Shown: piece by piece, positions 20,488 to 30,213 of the stretch
How positions within the stretch are numbered: the stretch's first letter is position 1
How the letters are laid out: each line of letters opens with the position of its first letter
Assembly: GCA_964291265.2 (NCBI GenBank)
Contig: OZ219747.1
Span: forward strand, 1,728,001-1,792,000
DNA length: 64,000 nt
From: Alphaproteobacteria bacterium
Lineage (GTDB): Bacteria; Pseudomonadota; Alphaproteobacteria; SP197
Direction: 5' to 3'
Made by a program: the position numbers and the translations under genes
Notes under the pieces: generated by a model
What the model saw: the letters and a program-made list of their open reading frames with translations, nothing else
Told to the model about the DNA's origin: nothing
Database searches by the model: none

Positions 20488-21977
20488 GTCTTGTTCCTGG
20501 CGCTGGCTTCGGGCCTGTCGTAGGCGTCGAGAGCGGTCCCCCGCGGCGTCGTGCCACGGCCGCCGCGGCCGTCGTCGGCGATGCTGAGGGGCGGCAGGCC
20601 CTGCTCCCGGCGGCGCTCCTCGATGATGACGCGCACGGTTTCGGGGTGGCACGAGCCGCGCTCCAGCGCCGTGGCGACAGCCCGGTCGAGAGCGTCGGCG
20701 CCGTGCGCGTTGAGAAGCGTCTCCAGCATCCGGGCGCAGGAGGCCACGTTGCGCCCGTTGGTCCCGGCGCGCGCCAGCATCTCCTCGGCCCGCGGCACGG
20801 TGCGCAGGACCCGGTCGCGGACGCTCATGGAGCGGGCCCGCCGCTTGCCCGCGGCGATCGCCCTGGCATGCTCCGGATCGGTGACGGCCTGCTTCCTGTC
20901 GTAGGAGCGTCGGTGGCGCGCGACCTCGTCGGCGCCGTCGAGGATGCGAACCTCGTCGCGGTCGGCGACCAGCGTCAGCAGGGCCTTGGAGAAGCCGGGG
21001 GGAACGCTGTAGTCGTTGGTGTCGAAGCGGGCGTGGCAGGTCTTGTCGATGCGCACCGGGCGGACCTCGTGATGCGGGAAGGGGTCGACGGGAAGGACGA
21101 TCAGGTGCTCCCTCTCCCGGGCGAAGGCGTCCCGCACCAGGAGACTGTCGTCGTCCGGCCAGGGCCGCTCCGCGGCGGCGCCGAAGCACCACTCCCGAAC
21201 TGCGGCGTTGAGCTCGCCGAGCGGGACCGTGATGTCGCGCCCGGCGAAGAACCCGGTGCGCGCGAAGCGCACACGGCGTTCCACGCGGCCCTTCTCCTGC
21301 GGGCTCCTGGGCCAGGCGGCGCTCGGTTCGAAGGCATAGTGGGCCGCAAGGCCGAGCAGCATCGGATGATAGGTGACCGCCTTGCCGCGGCGCGTCACCA
21401 CGGCACTCTTCAGGTTGTCGTACAGAAGCCTCCGCGGCACACCCCCGAATGCCGCGAAAGCCTCGACATGGCCTTGCAGGAAGCTGGCCATCCGCGCGTC
21501 GTGGAACAGGCTCAGGACAGTCTGGCGCGAGTAGCTGAGGGTGACGAGAAGCCCCATGAGCCTGCGCTCCGCCCGGCCGATGCGGACCTTCCCGAACTCG
21601 GCCCAGTCAACCTGCGCCTGCTCGCCCGGAAGGAAGCTCAGCCGCAGCGACGGCTCGGGCCTCTTCACCGGCCTCAGCCCGAGGCGGCGCAGGTCGTGAC
21701 GGAAGTGATCCTCGCCGCCGCGGTAGCCCAGAGCCACGACCTGTCGCCAGAGCGTGCTGGCCGGAAGGTCCGGCGACGCCTCAAGACGCTCCCCGAGGAA
21801 GGCAACGAAGGGGTCGATGAGCTTGGCCCGCGGCCGCCGCTCCTGCCCCGACGCCTTGAGCGCCCGCGTCACCGTGCCGTGGTGCACGCCGAGATGCCGG
21901 GCAATCGTCCCCACAGCCCAGCCCTCGGCCCGCGACAGCCGCACGATCGTCGCCCGCGTGTCCTCGTCGATCGCCAT
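20484..21977 (-). CDS. istA: IS21-family transposase
   Basis: N-terminal HTH, PGEQAQVDW, LYDNLKS, EKGRVER, NDYSVP. Confidence 0.94.
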   Translation of the reverse strand: MAIDEDTRATIVRLSRAEGWAVGTIARHLGVHHGTVTRALKASGQERRPRAKLIDPFVAFLGERLEASPDLPASTLWRQVVALGYRGGEDHFRHDLRRLGLRPVKRPEPSLRLSFLPGEQAQVDWAEFGKVRIGRAERRLMGLLVTLSYSRQTVLSLFHDARMASFLQGHVEAFAAFGGVPRRLLYDNLKSAVVTRRGKAVTYHPMLLGLAAHYAFEPSAAWPRSPQEKGRVERRVRFARTGFFAGRDITVPLGELNAAVREWCFGAAAERPWPDDDSLLVRDAFAREREHLIVLPVDPFPHHEVRPVRIDKTCHARFDTNDYSVPPGFSKALLTLVADRDEVRILDGADEVARHRRSYDRKQAVTDPEHARAIAAGKRRARSMSVRDRVLRTVPRAEEMLARAGTNGRNVASCARMLETLLNAHGADALDRAVATALERGSCHPETVRVIIEERRREQGLPPLSIADDGRGGRGTTPRGTALDAYDRPEASARNKT

Positions 21978-22009
21978 GAACTCCCTCCCTTTGGTTCCTC
22001 AACGCCGCA

Positions 22010-22540
22010 TCACAGGTCCCTCAGCACCACATGCGTCACGACCCGTCCGCATCTGGCGCACCGAAGCGGCGATTCGCGTCGCTCTTGCGCCTTCACAACC
22101 GCAGGTAGGGAGGTCGGCAGCAGTCGGGAAGGGTGGTCCGTAACGATTTCTTCAGAACCGGCGTCTCCAGACACCGCCGGAACGTCGCCAAGCAGCACCA
22201 CAGCAGACGTCTGCGTGTCCATGATCTCGGCAAGCATCGCCGCCCTGGCCTTCAACGCACGCGCCTCCTCCGCCTTGCGGAGCCGGTAACGCCGCTGGCG
22301 GTGACGGCCCGTCTCACGGCCCTTCAGCGTGCTCTGGTAGCGACGACGCGACGCGCGGCGCCGCTCGATCCGGGACCGCTCCCTGCACTCCTTGGAGCAA
22401 TACACATGCCCCCGGTCACACGACCGGCAGAGAACAACCTGCCGCTGACACCGCCTGCAGTTGAACAGTCGTCCTGTCGTGCACACCGTCCGTCTCGAGA
22501 GCGGGGGTGGACCCGGACGCAAAATGGCTCGACAATACAC
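22010..22540 (-). CDS. Cys-rich zinc-binding hypothetical protein upstream of istA
   Basis: CRRC...CRSCDRGHVYCSKEC, basic helix, C-terminal CARC; start may be GTG 22486. Confidence 0.7.
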   Translation of the reverse strand: MYCRAILRPGPPPLSRRTVCTTGRLFNCRRCQRQVVLCRSCDRGHVYCSKECRERSRIERRRASRRRYQSTLKGRETGRHRQRRYRLRKAEEARALKARAAMLAEIMDTQTSAVVLLGDVPAVSGDAGSEEIVTDHPSRLLPTSLPAVVKAQERRESPLRCARCGRVVTHVVLRDL

Positions 22541-22861
22541 GGGAGTTCGGTCCCCCGTGACCGGCTCGTCCGGGTGCTGCGCCGGGGGGCGTCACAACTC
22601 CGCCCGGCATCGCATCGCTCTTTCTCTTGATGCCGATCTAGCATCCACCCGGGGCGGCGGCAAAGACGCCGCCCCGGGACCGGACAACGCGACCCGCCCA
22701 CAGGGAAGACAAACAATCCCGCGAGTGCCTCGGAACCGGAACCCTCCCGGCAACCGTCACCAAGACCGAAGCAGAGGTCGACGGAACCCGAACCGGACCA
22801 AAACGACAATAGGAAAAGACGGCGGCGCTCGGGGAGACAACCAGCCGAACACTCAAACCAC

Positions 22862-22896
22862 GACAACAGGACGTGACAATAGGACCTGACAACAGG
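22862..22896. repeat. Three GACAAYAGG motifs at 13-bp period
   Basis: Copies at 22862, 22875, 22888; another at 22805. Confidence 0.8.
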
Positions 22897-23207
22897 GAAG
22901 AAACACGACCCTGACAAAGCGCGGCAAATCGCCGAAATCCCGCCGTTCTATGCAGCCATCAACGTAACTACTCACCCCCTACTGATGACGGATCGTTTTT
23001 CCTGACGGGTTCGGATCCGGCATTGTCTCTTGCCGCCTTCACTTGCTCGCTTCCGATGATCGGATGTGCGTGTTCCGACTGACAAGAAGCGGATCGATCT
23101 TCGGCTTCAGCTCCACGTTCCGGCCTTATATGGCCAGGTTTTGTCCCCGTGATGATGCAATCATCCACAGCGGTTGGCTGCCTTTCCAATCCTCTGGAGA
23201 TATGCGC

Positions 23208-23236
23208 TTGACATTGTAGGAGGGGCACTCTACATG
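23208..23236 (+). promoter_or_regulatory. Possible sigma70 promoter of the MTase-tnpC operon
   Basis: TTGACA-17 nt-TACATG; the -10 is weak. Confidence 0.35.
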
Positions 23237-23270
23237 CTGGCCATCGGGGCGGTTTGCGTCGGAGATATTG

Positions 23271-23351
23271 ATGGCGGCATGGTATGGATCGAAGGCGACG
23301 ACGGGTCTGAGCCAGGCGATCGTCGCGGCCATGCCGCCGCATGACGTGTAG
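23271..23351 (+). pseudogene. 5' fragment of the split Dam-like adenine methyltransferase (MAAWYGSKATTGLSQAIVAAMPPHDV*)
   Basis: GGAG RBS; YGSK and MPPHDV motifs continue in frame into YIEAFLGGG across the 37280-37291 repeat. Confidence 0.92.
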
Positions 23352-23758
23352 CAGAATTAGGGGTGAGGTTGTGCCACTTTGTTCGACTGATTTACGTTCA
23401 ATGGTCTCTCGTTTCAGCGTTATCCTACCTCTGGTTATCGTCATGTCAACCCATGCATGCGCTGGCGTAGAGTCCATGCAACGGGGGGATTCCCGCGACG
23501 GATTGTGACACCTGGGGACATGCTGGGATCATCGAAGGACGAGAGCGACGGAACGACAGCGGCGCCGGGCCGATATCCCGCTCTGCATGGGGCATGAGCG
23601 GACATGCCATGAGATCACGTACGGTTATCCTGCTACAACGCCTTGTCATGGGTGTTTCATGGGGGTATAATCACTCCATTCTTCCCTCGATTGCCCACTT
23701 GCATGGACTGTCAAGGGACTGTTTCCCACACCAAGCACTCACGACACGGGAGAATCCC

Positions 23759-24088
23759 ATGGCCGGAAGACCTGCGGGCGAGAAGCGCAAGGCGCGTTCC
23801 GTGATGGCGACCGACAGCGAGTGGCAACGCATCCGTGAGGGCGCCGCGGCAGCCCGCCTGTCGATCTCGGACCACGTGTTGAAGGTGCTCCTGGCGCCGC
23901 CGTCACCACCGTTGCAAGCCGCGGGCACGTTCCTCTCGGCCCGGGTGCAGCGCCGGGTGGCGCGCGCCGTGCTGGTTCTGGAGTGCATCGAGAAGATGCG
24001 CCTCGATCGCGCCGAGCTGGGCTCGGCATGGGAAGAGATCGCCGCCGAGGTCGATGGATGGCTCGACGACGAGGCGGCGCTGGGATGA
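23759..24088 (+). CDS. Ribbon-helix-helix / MobC-like protein 1
   Basis: RSVMATDSEWQRIREGAAAARLSISDHV pattern; GGAG RBS. Confidence 0.7.
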   Translation: MAGRPAGEKRKARSVMATDSEWQRIREGAAAARLSISDHVLKVLLAPPSPPLQAAGTFLSARVQRRVARAVLVLECIEKMRLDRAELGSAWEEIAAEVDGWLDDEAALG

Positions 24089-24101
24089 CCGGGAGGACGC
24101 C

Positions 24102-24434
24102 ATGAAGCTCGCGCGGCGGCACTGCATCTACTGTGATCCTCGGACATGGGAGAAGATCCGCAGGCGCGCCCGCAAGGCGGGCATGCCGGTCTCGCGTTTC
24201 GGGGTGCTGTGCTGTCTCAAGGCTGTTGAGGAGGGCACGGCCGAGGCGGTTCAACCGTCCGGCCATGCCCTCGTGATACCGCCGGACCGGCAGCGTCGGC
24301 TCCACGACGACATCGAGGCCATCTGGAACACAGGCCACGTCATGCTGGACGAGTCGGGGGAGACGAAGATCGGCGTGCTGACGAGCAACGTGCTGCGCTT
24401 CCTGCGGCTGACCGAACCGGAGGAAGAAGAATGA
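24102..24434 (+). CDS. Ribbon-helix-helix / MobC-like protein 2
   Basis: HCIYCDPRTWEKIRRRARKAGMPVSRFG; GGAGG RBS. Confidence 0.7.
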   Translation: MKLARRHCIYCDPRTWEKIRRRARKAGMPVSRFGVLCCLKAVEEGTAEAVQPSGHALVIPPDRQRRLHDDIEAIWNTGHVMLDESGETKIGVLTSNVLRFLRLTEPEEEE

Positions 24435-24853
24435 GGACACCGCGCCAGCGGCAGCAGGGCATGTCGCATTCGATCTCCTGCACGGACGAGGAATGGGAGA
24501 TGATCTGCGAGGGCGCGGCCCGGGCGGGGATCGGCGCTTCGGCATGGTTCACACGGTGTGCGCTTGACGTGAACCCGCTGTCGGGGAAGGCGCGTCCCCT
24601 GGTCCTCGACGAAAGGCAACAGGAGAACCTGGTCAAGGCGATCACGCGCCTTGCCGAGCCGTTTTCGGGTCATCCGGAGAGACTGTCCCGCATCTGGGAG
24701 GATGTCCGGTATCTCCTGCGGAAACGCGTTCGGGCGCTGATGCGACAGGGCCGGTCCGACGAAGCGCGCGCCAGGCTTCGGGAGGCGTTCGGCGACAAGC
24801 GGGCCGCCTGGATCGAAAGCTGGGCGCGGCAGCGGCGCCATGGCGATGACTGA
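24431..24853 (+). CDS. Ribbon-helix-helix / MobC-like protein 3
   Basis: HSISCTDEEWEMICEGAARAGIGASAWF; ATGA coupling. Confidence 0.7.
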   Translation: MRTPRQRQQGMSHSISCTDEEWEMICEGAARAGIGASAWFTRCALDVNPLSGKARPLVLDERQQENLVKAITRLAEPFSGHPERLSRIWEDVRYLLRKRVRALMRQGRSDEARARLREAFGDKRAAWIESWARQRRHGDD

Positions 24854-24858
24854 GAGGA

Positions 24859-27800
24859 TCACATGGACATGTGAGGCCCCTTCTGATGAAGGATGTGCCG
24901 TTGCTCCCTCAGCTCGTCGGCCTGCTCGCGGCTCCTGATGAAGCGCTCCTTCTCGTTCGCCCAAGGCGCCCGGTAGCAGCCGCGCCCGACGAGCTGACGG
25001 CGCTCGATCTCCACCTCGTGGACGGCGTCCCGTCCGTTGACGCTCCGCACCTGCAGGGTGCAGAGATCCTCGGCCTCGGTCTTGCCCGCGACAATCCGCA
25101 GAAGGACGCCTTCGCAGTGGCGTGGTTCGACGGCCACGCCGGGATCGATGTCATAGCGGCCGGGTATCCCGGTGGAAGGATCGGGCATCATGGTCCAGCG
25201 GAGCTGGTCTCCGACGACGACCTTGTGGCTGCAGGCGATGCGATACCAGTCGTCCGGCGTGGATCTCTCGCGGGCCAGGGCCGCATCGCGCAGCCTCTCG
25301 TCGCTCCAGGTGGCGCGGTGCACCGAGTGGCGCAGCAGGTCCGTGCATGCCACACGCTCGACCCGCCCCTTCCATGAGCCGTTGTCATGCTGCACGGCGC
25401 CGACGCGCTCGACGAGGAGCGTGTCCTTGCCGTGGCGTCCGCCGGTCTCGCCCGGCCACACCACCACCAGTTCCTGCACGGACCCGTCATGGGCGAGGCG
25501 CAGCCGGTCGCCGGTCACAAGCTGGCTCTTTCCGCGCCAGTCGATGGTGAACGCGCCACCGGGCGGGCGATTGCGCAACCGGTCGGCTTCTTCGCGCACC
25601 ATGGCGGCGATGAAGTCCAGGTCACGGCGAGCCTCGGCGAGCCTCTCCGTCACCTCGGCAAGGCCGGTCTCGAGTCGCTCCTTCAGGGCGGGAAGACAAG
25701 GCAGGTGCCGCGCGTAGCAATCCAGGTCCAGCAGGTCCTGGGCCCCGTCATGCCAGGCCTCGGCCTTCTTCTGCCAGCGTGGCCAGGCGTCCAGCAGGGT
25801 GATCGGCAGGTTGCCCTTGCCGGGCGCCTCTCGAAGCGCGCGATGCTCGCGGTCGAGACCCGCCATCTCCTTCGCCTGCGCCTCGATCCGGGCGCATTCT
25901 TTAGTGCAGGAGGCGTGTTCGGTGACGACGGGTTCGAGGCGCCGCCTTGCCACGGCGGGAAGACTGCGGTCGTCGGCCAGTTCACGCACGTCGTCGAACA
26001 CCGCGCCATAGCCTGCCGCATGAAAGGGGAGAACACCGTCACGCCTTGCCTGTCGGTGCAGCGCCTTGAGGTCCCTCGTCACCTCGAGGAACCGTTCGAA
26101 CGGTCTGTGCCGTTCCAGCTTGCCCAGCGCCCTCGAGATTCGTTCCGCGGCAGCGGAATCGAGATGGGGACGGTGCCGTTCACTCGCAAGCAGACCGCGG
26201 CCCCTTGCGGCGAGCTGGCGGGCAAGCGCGGCGAGCGAAGGGTAGTCCTCAAGGTCGGTGATGACGGTGTCGCGGCCCTTGCGGGAGCGGTCCCGCGCCT
26301 CGGCGTCAAGGACGCGCCAACGCCGGGTGTGTTCGCGGGCCTCGTCGAGGAACCGGGCGATGTCGCCGCGGCATGCCCGGCCTTCCGCATCGCCTGCCAG
26401 AACGCTGCGCGCCTGACGGGCGGCGGCCTCAGGCAAATCGTCGTGCTCCAGGAGCGCACTGGCCCGCGTGACAAGGCCGTGCCAGCCTACCATGCCGAAG
26501 GGAATCCGCTCCTCGGCACGCGCCTTCGTCAGAAGCCGGTGGTGGGCTGCATCGAACCGCGCCCAGGCGGCGTCGGTTCCGGCCAGCCTCTCGCAAACGC
26601 TCAGGCGTTCGCCCGCATCGCCCGCCTGCGCCTCGAGATGGGGTTGCCACAGGTCGGGCCTCCTCAGCATCGCCCGCCACTGCCGCCGGGCCTTGAGCCA
26701 GCGGTCCCGCCACGCCGGCCAACCGGGCCGTTCCGCCGTCGGCCGCTCCGGGGCTTCGGCCGCCAGCCGGCGGTAGCTGTCGAGCAGCCTGCCGGTCTCC
26801 GCGGCCAGGGCCGCCACCCTGTGCTCGCGATCCCGGGCCTGCGCCTCGTCGGCAAGCACGGCGCGCACGGACGAGCGCACCGGCTGCGGCACGTTCTTCA
26901 TCGCCGCCAGCACGCGCGCCCGGGCCACGAGATCGTCATGACCCTCGACATGGTAGGGGATCGTGTTCCGGGCGGCGGCGCGTGCGTCAACGGCCCGACG
27001 CTGCGCCTCGAACCGGGCACAGGCCTCGTCACATGTCCGGGCTTCCCGGAGTGCACCGAGACATGCCGTGATCGCGCGGGAGAGCTTCGGCCGGGCGGCA
27101 AGGACGGGCCGGACCTCATGGTCCTCGCACATCTCCTGCCAGGCGGCCTCGATCGACGAGACGGCCGTGATCCACTCCGCGTAGCCGGCCGTCTCCACCA
27201 CGAGACGGGCCTCGCCGACGGCCTCTTCAACCAGGTCCCGACGCAGGTGAAGCAGCCTGCCGGCTTCGCCGTGCAGCGCCTCGATGTCGTGCAGGGGATC
27301 GCGGACCTTCCCGCCTTTCCCGTCGTCCGGGGCGCCTGCCTCCTCAGGCGGCGGACCTTCGGCCACGAGCGCTCCGCCCTCGTCTTTGTGTCGCACTTCG
27401 TGGCGCATCGCGGCCTTCTCCCCGGGCGAAGGCCGGCGCATCGTCTTCTCCGGGACCGCGGCCCGGAGCTCGTCGGGCGTGACGCCGATCGCCTCCAGGG
27501 CCGTCGCCCTCTCGCCGGTGTTCGCCTCCAGCGTCTCGATCAGCTGCTCGCCGTTGTCGGTCAGCACCATGACATGATCGCGGGCACGGCTGATCTCGAC
27601 ATAGAAGGTCGCCTGGTCGGTCAACAGGCCGTGTCCGGAATCGAGGACCGCGATGACGCCGTCCGCCGTGCTGCCCTGGGCCCCGTGCACCGTCGAACTC
27701 CAGGCATGGTCGATGTGGCGCAGCTGGGGATCCTCGTGCTTGAGCGACAGCATGCCGCCATCGGCGGTGCGCAGTCGCACCCGCCTGCCGGTGATCGCCA

Positions 27801-30213
27801 CGATCTCCGCCTGTTCGCCGTTCACCAGGGCGCGCTCCTTGTCGTTGCGCGTCCAGCGGATGCGGTCGCCGGCTCTGAGTTCGATGGCACGGGGCTCGTA
27901 GACCTCCAGGCGGTAGCGGATGTGTCCCTCCGGCCTGATCCGGCGGCTTGTGCCGTCGGGATGGGAGAGTAGCACATGGTCGCCCTCGATGCCGGTCACC
28001 GTGCAGGCCTCGTCGGCCTTCACCCGGTAGTTCACGAGGTCCTGGTGGAACACCACCACGTCGCCTTCCCCGTAGTTGCGCACATCCGCCTTCTCGGCGC
28101 GCGTCATGCCGAGCCCGACCAGGCGTTCGAGCTGCAGGACCTGTCCGTGCAGCACGCCCTCGGCCGCCAGGCCCTCGCGGACCGTCCGGTTGATGTCGGC
28201 GCGCAAGGCGTGGGTCGGGGCCAGGAGCAGCGTGCGGGCGCGGGCGTCTGCATCCAGCTCCAGCCAGGCCCGCGCCGCCTTCTCCGCCAGGTCGTCGTGC
28301 GCCACCTCGACGAGGCCGGCGCCCAGGAGACGCACCGCCTCGCCGGGTTCGCCCTCCAGGACCGACAGGACCGCCGCCTTCAGATCCGGGCTGCGCTGGC
28401 GGCGGATGTCGCTCATCTGCGCCGTCGCCATCCCGGCCTGCTGCAACTGCCGGAACGGCTGGCCGGCATCGACCGGGCGGAGCTGGCCGGTGTCGCCCAC
28501 CAGCACCAGGCGGGCGATGTCGAGGTTCCGCGCGATGCGCAACAGGGAACGCATCTGCGCCGTCGACACCATCGATGCCTCGTCCAGCACCACGACCGAC
28601 CCGGCGAAGAGCTCGAGAAGCTTCCTGTCAGGACTCCGTCCGATGTCCTCGGCGTCTGCCGCCTGGCAACGCGTGAGGAACCATTGCAGGGTGCGCGCAT
28701 GGATGCCCGCTTCGCGCTCCAGGACGCGCGATGCCGCAGCCGAGGGAGCAAGGCCGATGATCCGGCGTTCCCCGGCGAGAGCGCGGACCTGGCGCAGCAT
28801 GGTGGTCTTGCCGGTCCCGGCACGGCCCTGGACGCCGATGATCCGGTCCCTGGAGAGGAGAATGGCCCGCACCGCGTCGCACTGCCCCTCGGTCAGGCCC
28901 GATCCCGCCAGACGTGCCGCGATATCCCCGTCGCGGGCCAGGGTCCCGGCCCGGCCGAGGCCGGCCTTCATCATGGCGATCACCGCGCGTTCCGCCTTCA
29001 GGGTCCGGTCGGTGACGAAGGCGCGGTCGGCGCGCCGCAACGAGGCGTCGACCAGGTGGCCGTCCCTCACCAACTGCTCGATCGCCTGCCTGATCTCATC
29101 CAGCGCATGGCGCCCCGGCGAGTGGGCCAGCGCCAGCGTCTCGAGCTCGTGCGCCGCGAACACCGATTGCCGCTCCTCGAGGTGTTCCGTCGTGCGGGCC
29201 ACGATCTCCAGGGCCGACAGGTCCTCGCCCGCCTCTGTCGGCCGACGAGCCCGGGCGGCCGCCAGGTCGGCGTCGAGGCCGAGATCACGTACCCGCTCCG
29301 CCCACACCGTCTCCAGCATCGCCCGCAGCGGTTCGTCCTTGCGCCGCCGCGTGGCCAGCGTCGCCACCTGCGACGCGGCCGTGCTGTGCTCCCAGCCCCT
29401 CTCGCGCAGGTAGGCGAGGATCTCGCTGCGCCGCGTCGAGAACGCATCCCGCAGCCTCCGGTCGTAGCCCGCGATCTCGAAGCTCGGGATCCGTCCCGCC
29501 ATGGCGGGACGGACATCGTAGCCCCGTTCCATCAGCCGCCGCGACAGCTCGTTGCGGTAGTAGGCGCCGATCTGCCGGGCATGGCGGTGGAGCAGGGTGG
29601 CCTCGATGCTGCGCCAGCGCCCCTGCGGGTCGCGCGTCATGTTCGCGATCACGGCATGGGTGTGAAGCTGGGGGTCGAGATTGCGGCTCGCGACATGGCG
29701 GAACGTGGCCGCGACCATGTGGGGCGCCTTGATCCGTGGACGCCGGCGCGTCGCGGGATCCCAGCCGCGGGTCTCCAGGAGGTTGGCCTCGATCCAGTCC
29801 AGGGTCGCCCGCACCGCCGCGTCGTGGGCCTGCACCACGCCGCGGTCGCCATGGGGATGGCGCTTCGTCGGCAGCAGGGCCGCAAGGGAAACGGACTTGG
29901 GCGCCGAGAAGGTGATGTCAAGCCCCGGACGGTGCTCATGGGCGCCATCGCGCCTGCGCCCAAGGCGGATGCCGCAACCGGGCACATGGCCGGCCAGGAG
30001 AGACTCGAACTTGCCGGCGGCGACATGGAGGTCGGGCCGCAGACCCAGGGCCATCGCTCCCCTGCCGTGCCAGAAGCTGGCGTTGCGGTGTTCCGCGTTC
30101 TTGGCCCGGCCGGCATCGCCCTTCGCCCCGGCGGCCGTATAGTAGCCGCCCTCGCGGCGCAGGTAGTCGGCCGTGGCCGACGCCGATGTCAGGTTGCGGA
30201 CCGACGCAACCAT
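24859..30213 (-). CDS. MOBF (TrwC/TraI-like) relaxase-helicase with long C-terminal extension
   Basis: DYL..GGYY, DITFSAPKSVS, DPQLHTH, FSTRR, GRAGTGKT, VLDEASM, TVHGAQG, YVEISRAR. Confidence 0.93.
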   Translation of the reverse strand: MVASVRNLTSASATADYLRREGGYYTAAGAKGDAGRAKNAEHRNASFWHGRGAMALGLRPDLHVAAGKFESLLAGHVPGCGIRLGRRRDGAHEHRPGLDITFSAPKSVSLAALLPTKRHPHGDRGVVQAHDAAVRATLDWIEANLLETRGWDPATRRRPRIKAPHMVAATFRHVASRNLDPQLHTHAVIANMTRDPQGRWRSIEATLLHRHARQIGAYYRNELSRRLMERGYDVRPAMAGRIPSFEIAGYDRRLRDAFSTRRSEILAYLRERGWEHSTAASQVATLATRRRKDEPLRAMLETVWAERVRDLGLDADLAAARARRPTEAGEDLSALEIVARTTEHLEERQSVFAAHELETLALAHSPGRHALDEIRQAIEQLVRDGHLVDASLRRADRAFVTDRTLKAERAVIAMMKAGLGRAGTLARDGDIAARLAGSGLTEGQCDAVRAILLSRDRIIGVQGRAGTGKTTMLRQVRALAGERRIIGLAPSAAASRVLEREAGIHARTLQWFLTRCQAADAEDIGRSPDRKLLELFAGSVVVLDEASMVSTAQMRSLLRIARNLDIARLVLVGDTGQLRPVDAGQPFRQLQQAGMATAQMSDIRRQRSPDLKAAVLSVLEGEPGEAVRLLGAGLVEVAHDDLAEKAARAWLELDADARARTLLLAPTHALRADINRTVREGLAAEGVLHGQVLQLERLVGLGMTRAEKADVRNYGEGDVVVFHQDLVNYRVKADEACTVTGIEGDHVLLSHPDGTSRRIRPEGHIRYRLEVYEPRAIELRAGDRIRWTRNDKERALVNGEQAEIVAITGRRVRLRTADGGMLSLKHEDPQLRHIDHAWSSTVHGAQGSTADGVIAVLDSGHGLLTDQATFYVEISRARDHVMVLTDNGEQLIETLEANTGERATALEAIGVTPDELRAAVPEKTMRRPSPGEKAAMRHEVRHKDEGGALVAEGPPPEEAGAPDDGKGGKVRDPLHDIEALHGEAGRLLHLRRDLVEEAVGEARLVVETAGYAEWITAVSSIEAAWQEMCEDHEVRPVLAARPKLSRAITACLGALREARTCDEACARFEAQRRAVDARAAARNTIPYHVEGHDDLVARARVLAAMKNVPQPVRSSVRAVLADEAQARDREHRVAALAAETGRLLDSYRRLAAEAPERPTAERPGWPAWRDRWLKARRQWRAMLRRPDLWQPHLEAQAGDAGERLSVCERLAGTDAAWARFDAAHHRLLTKARAEERIPFGMVGWHGLVTRASALLEHDDLPEAAARQARSVLAGDAEGRACRGDIARFLDEAREHTRRWRVLDAEARDRSRKGRDTVITDLEDYPSLAALARQLAARGRGLLASERHRPHLDSAAAERISRALGKLERHRPFERFLEVTRDLKALHRQARRDGVLPFHAAGYGAVFDDVRELADDRSLPAVARRRLEPVVTEHASCTKECARIEAQAKEMAGLDREHRALREAPGKGNLPITLLDAWPRWQKKAEAWHDGAQDLLDLDCYARHLPCLPALKERLETGLAEVTERLAEARRDLDFIAAMVREEADRLRNRPPGGAFTIDWRGKSQLVTGDRLRLAHDGSVQELVVVWPGETGGRHGKDTLLVERVGAVQHDNGSWKGRVERVACTDLLRHSVHRATWSDERLRDAALARERSTPDDWYRIACSHKVVVGDQLRWTMMPDPSTGIPGRYDIDPGVAVEPRHCEGVLLRIVAGKTEAEDLCTLQVRSVNGRDAVHEVEIERRQLVGRGCYRAPWANEKERFIRSREQADELREQRHILHQKGPHMSM

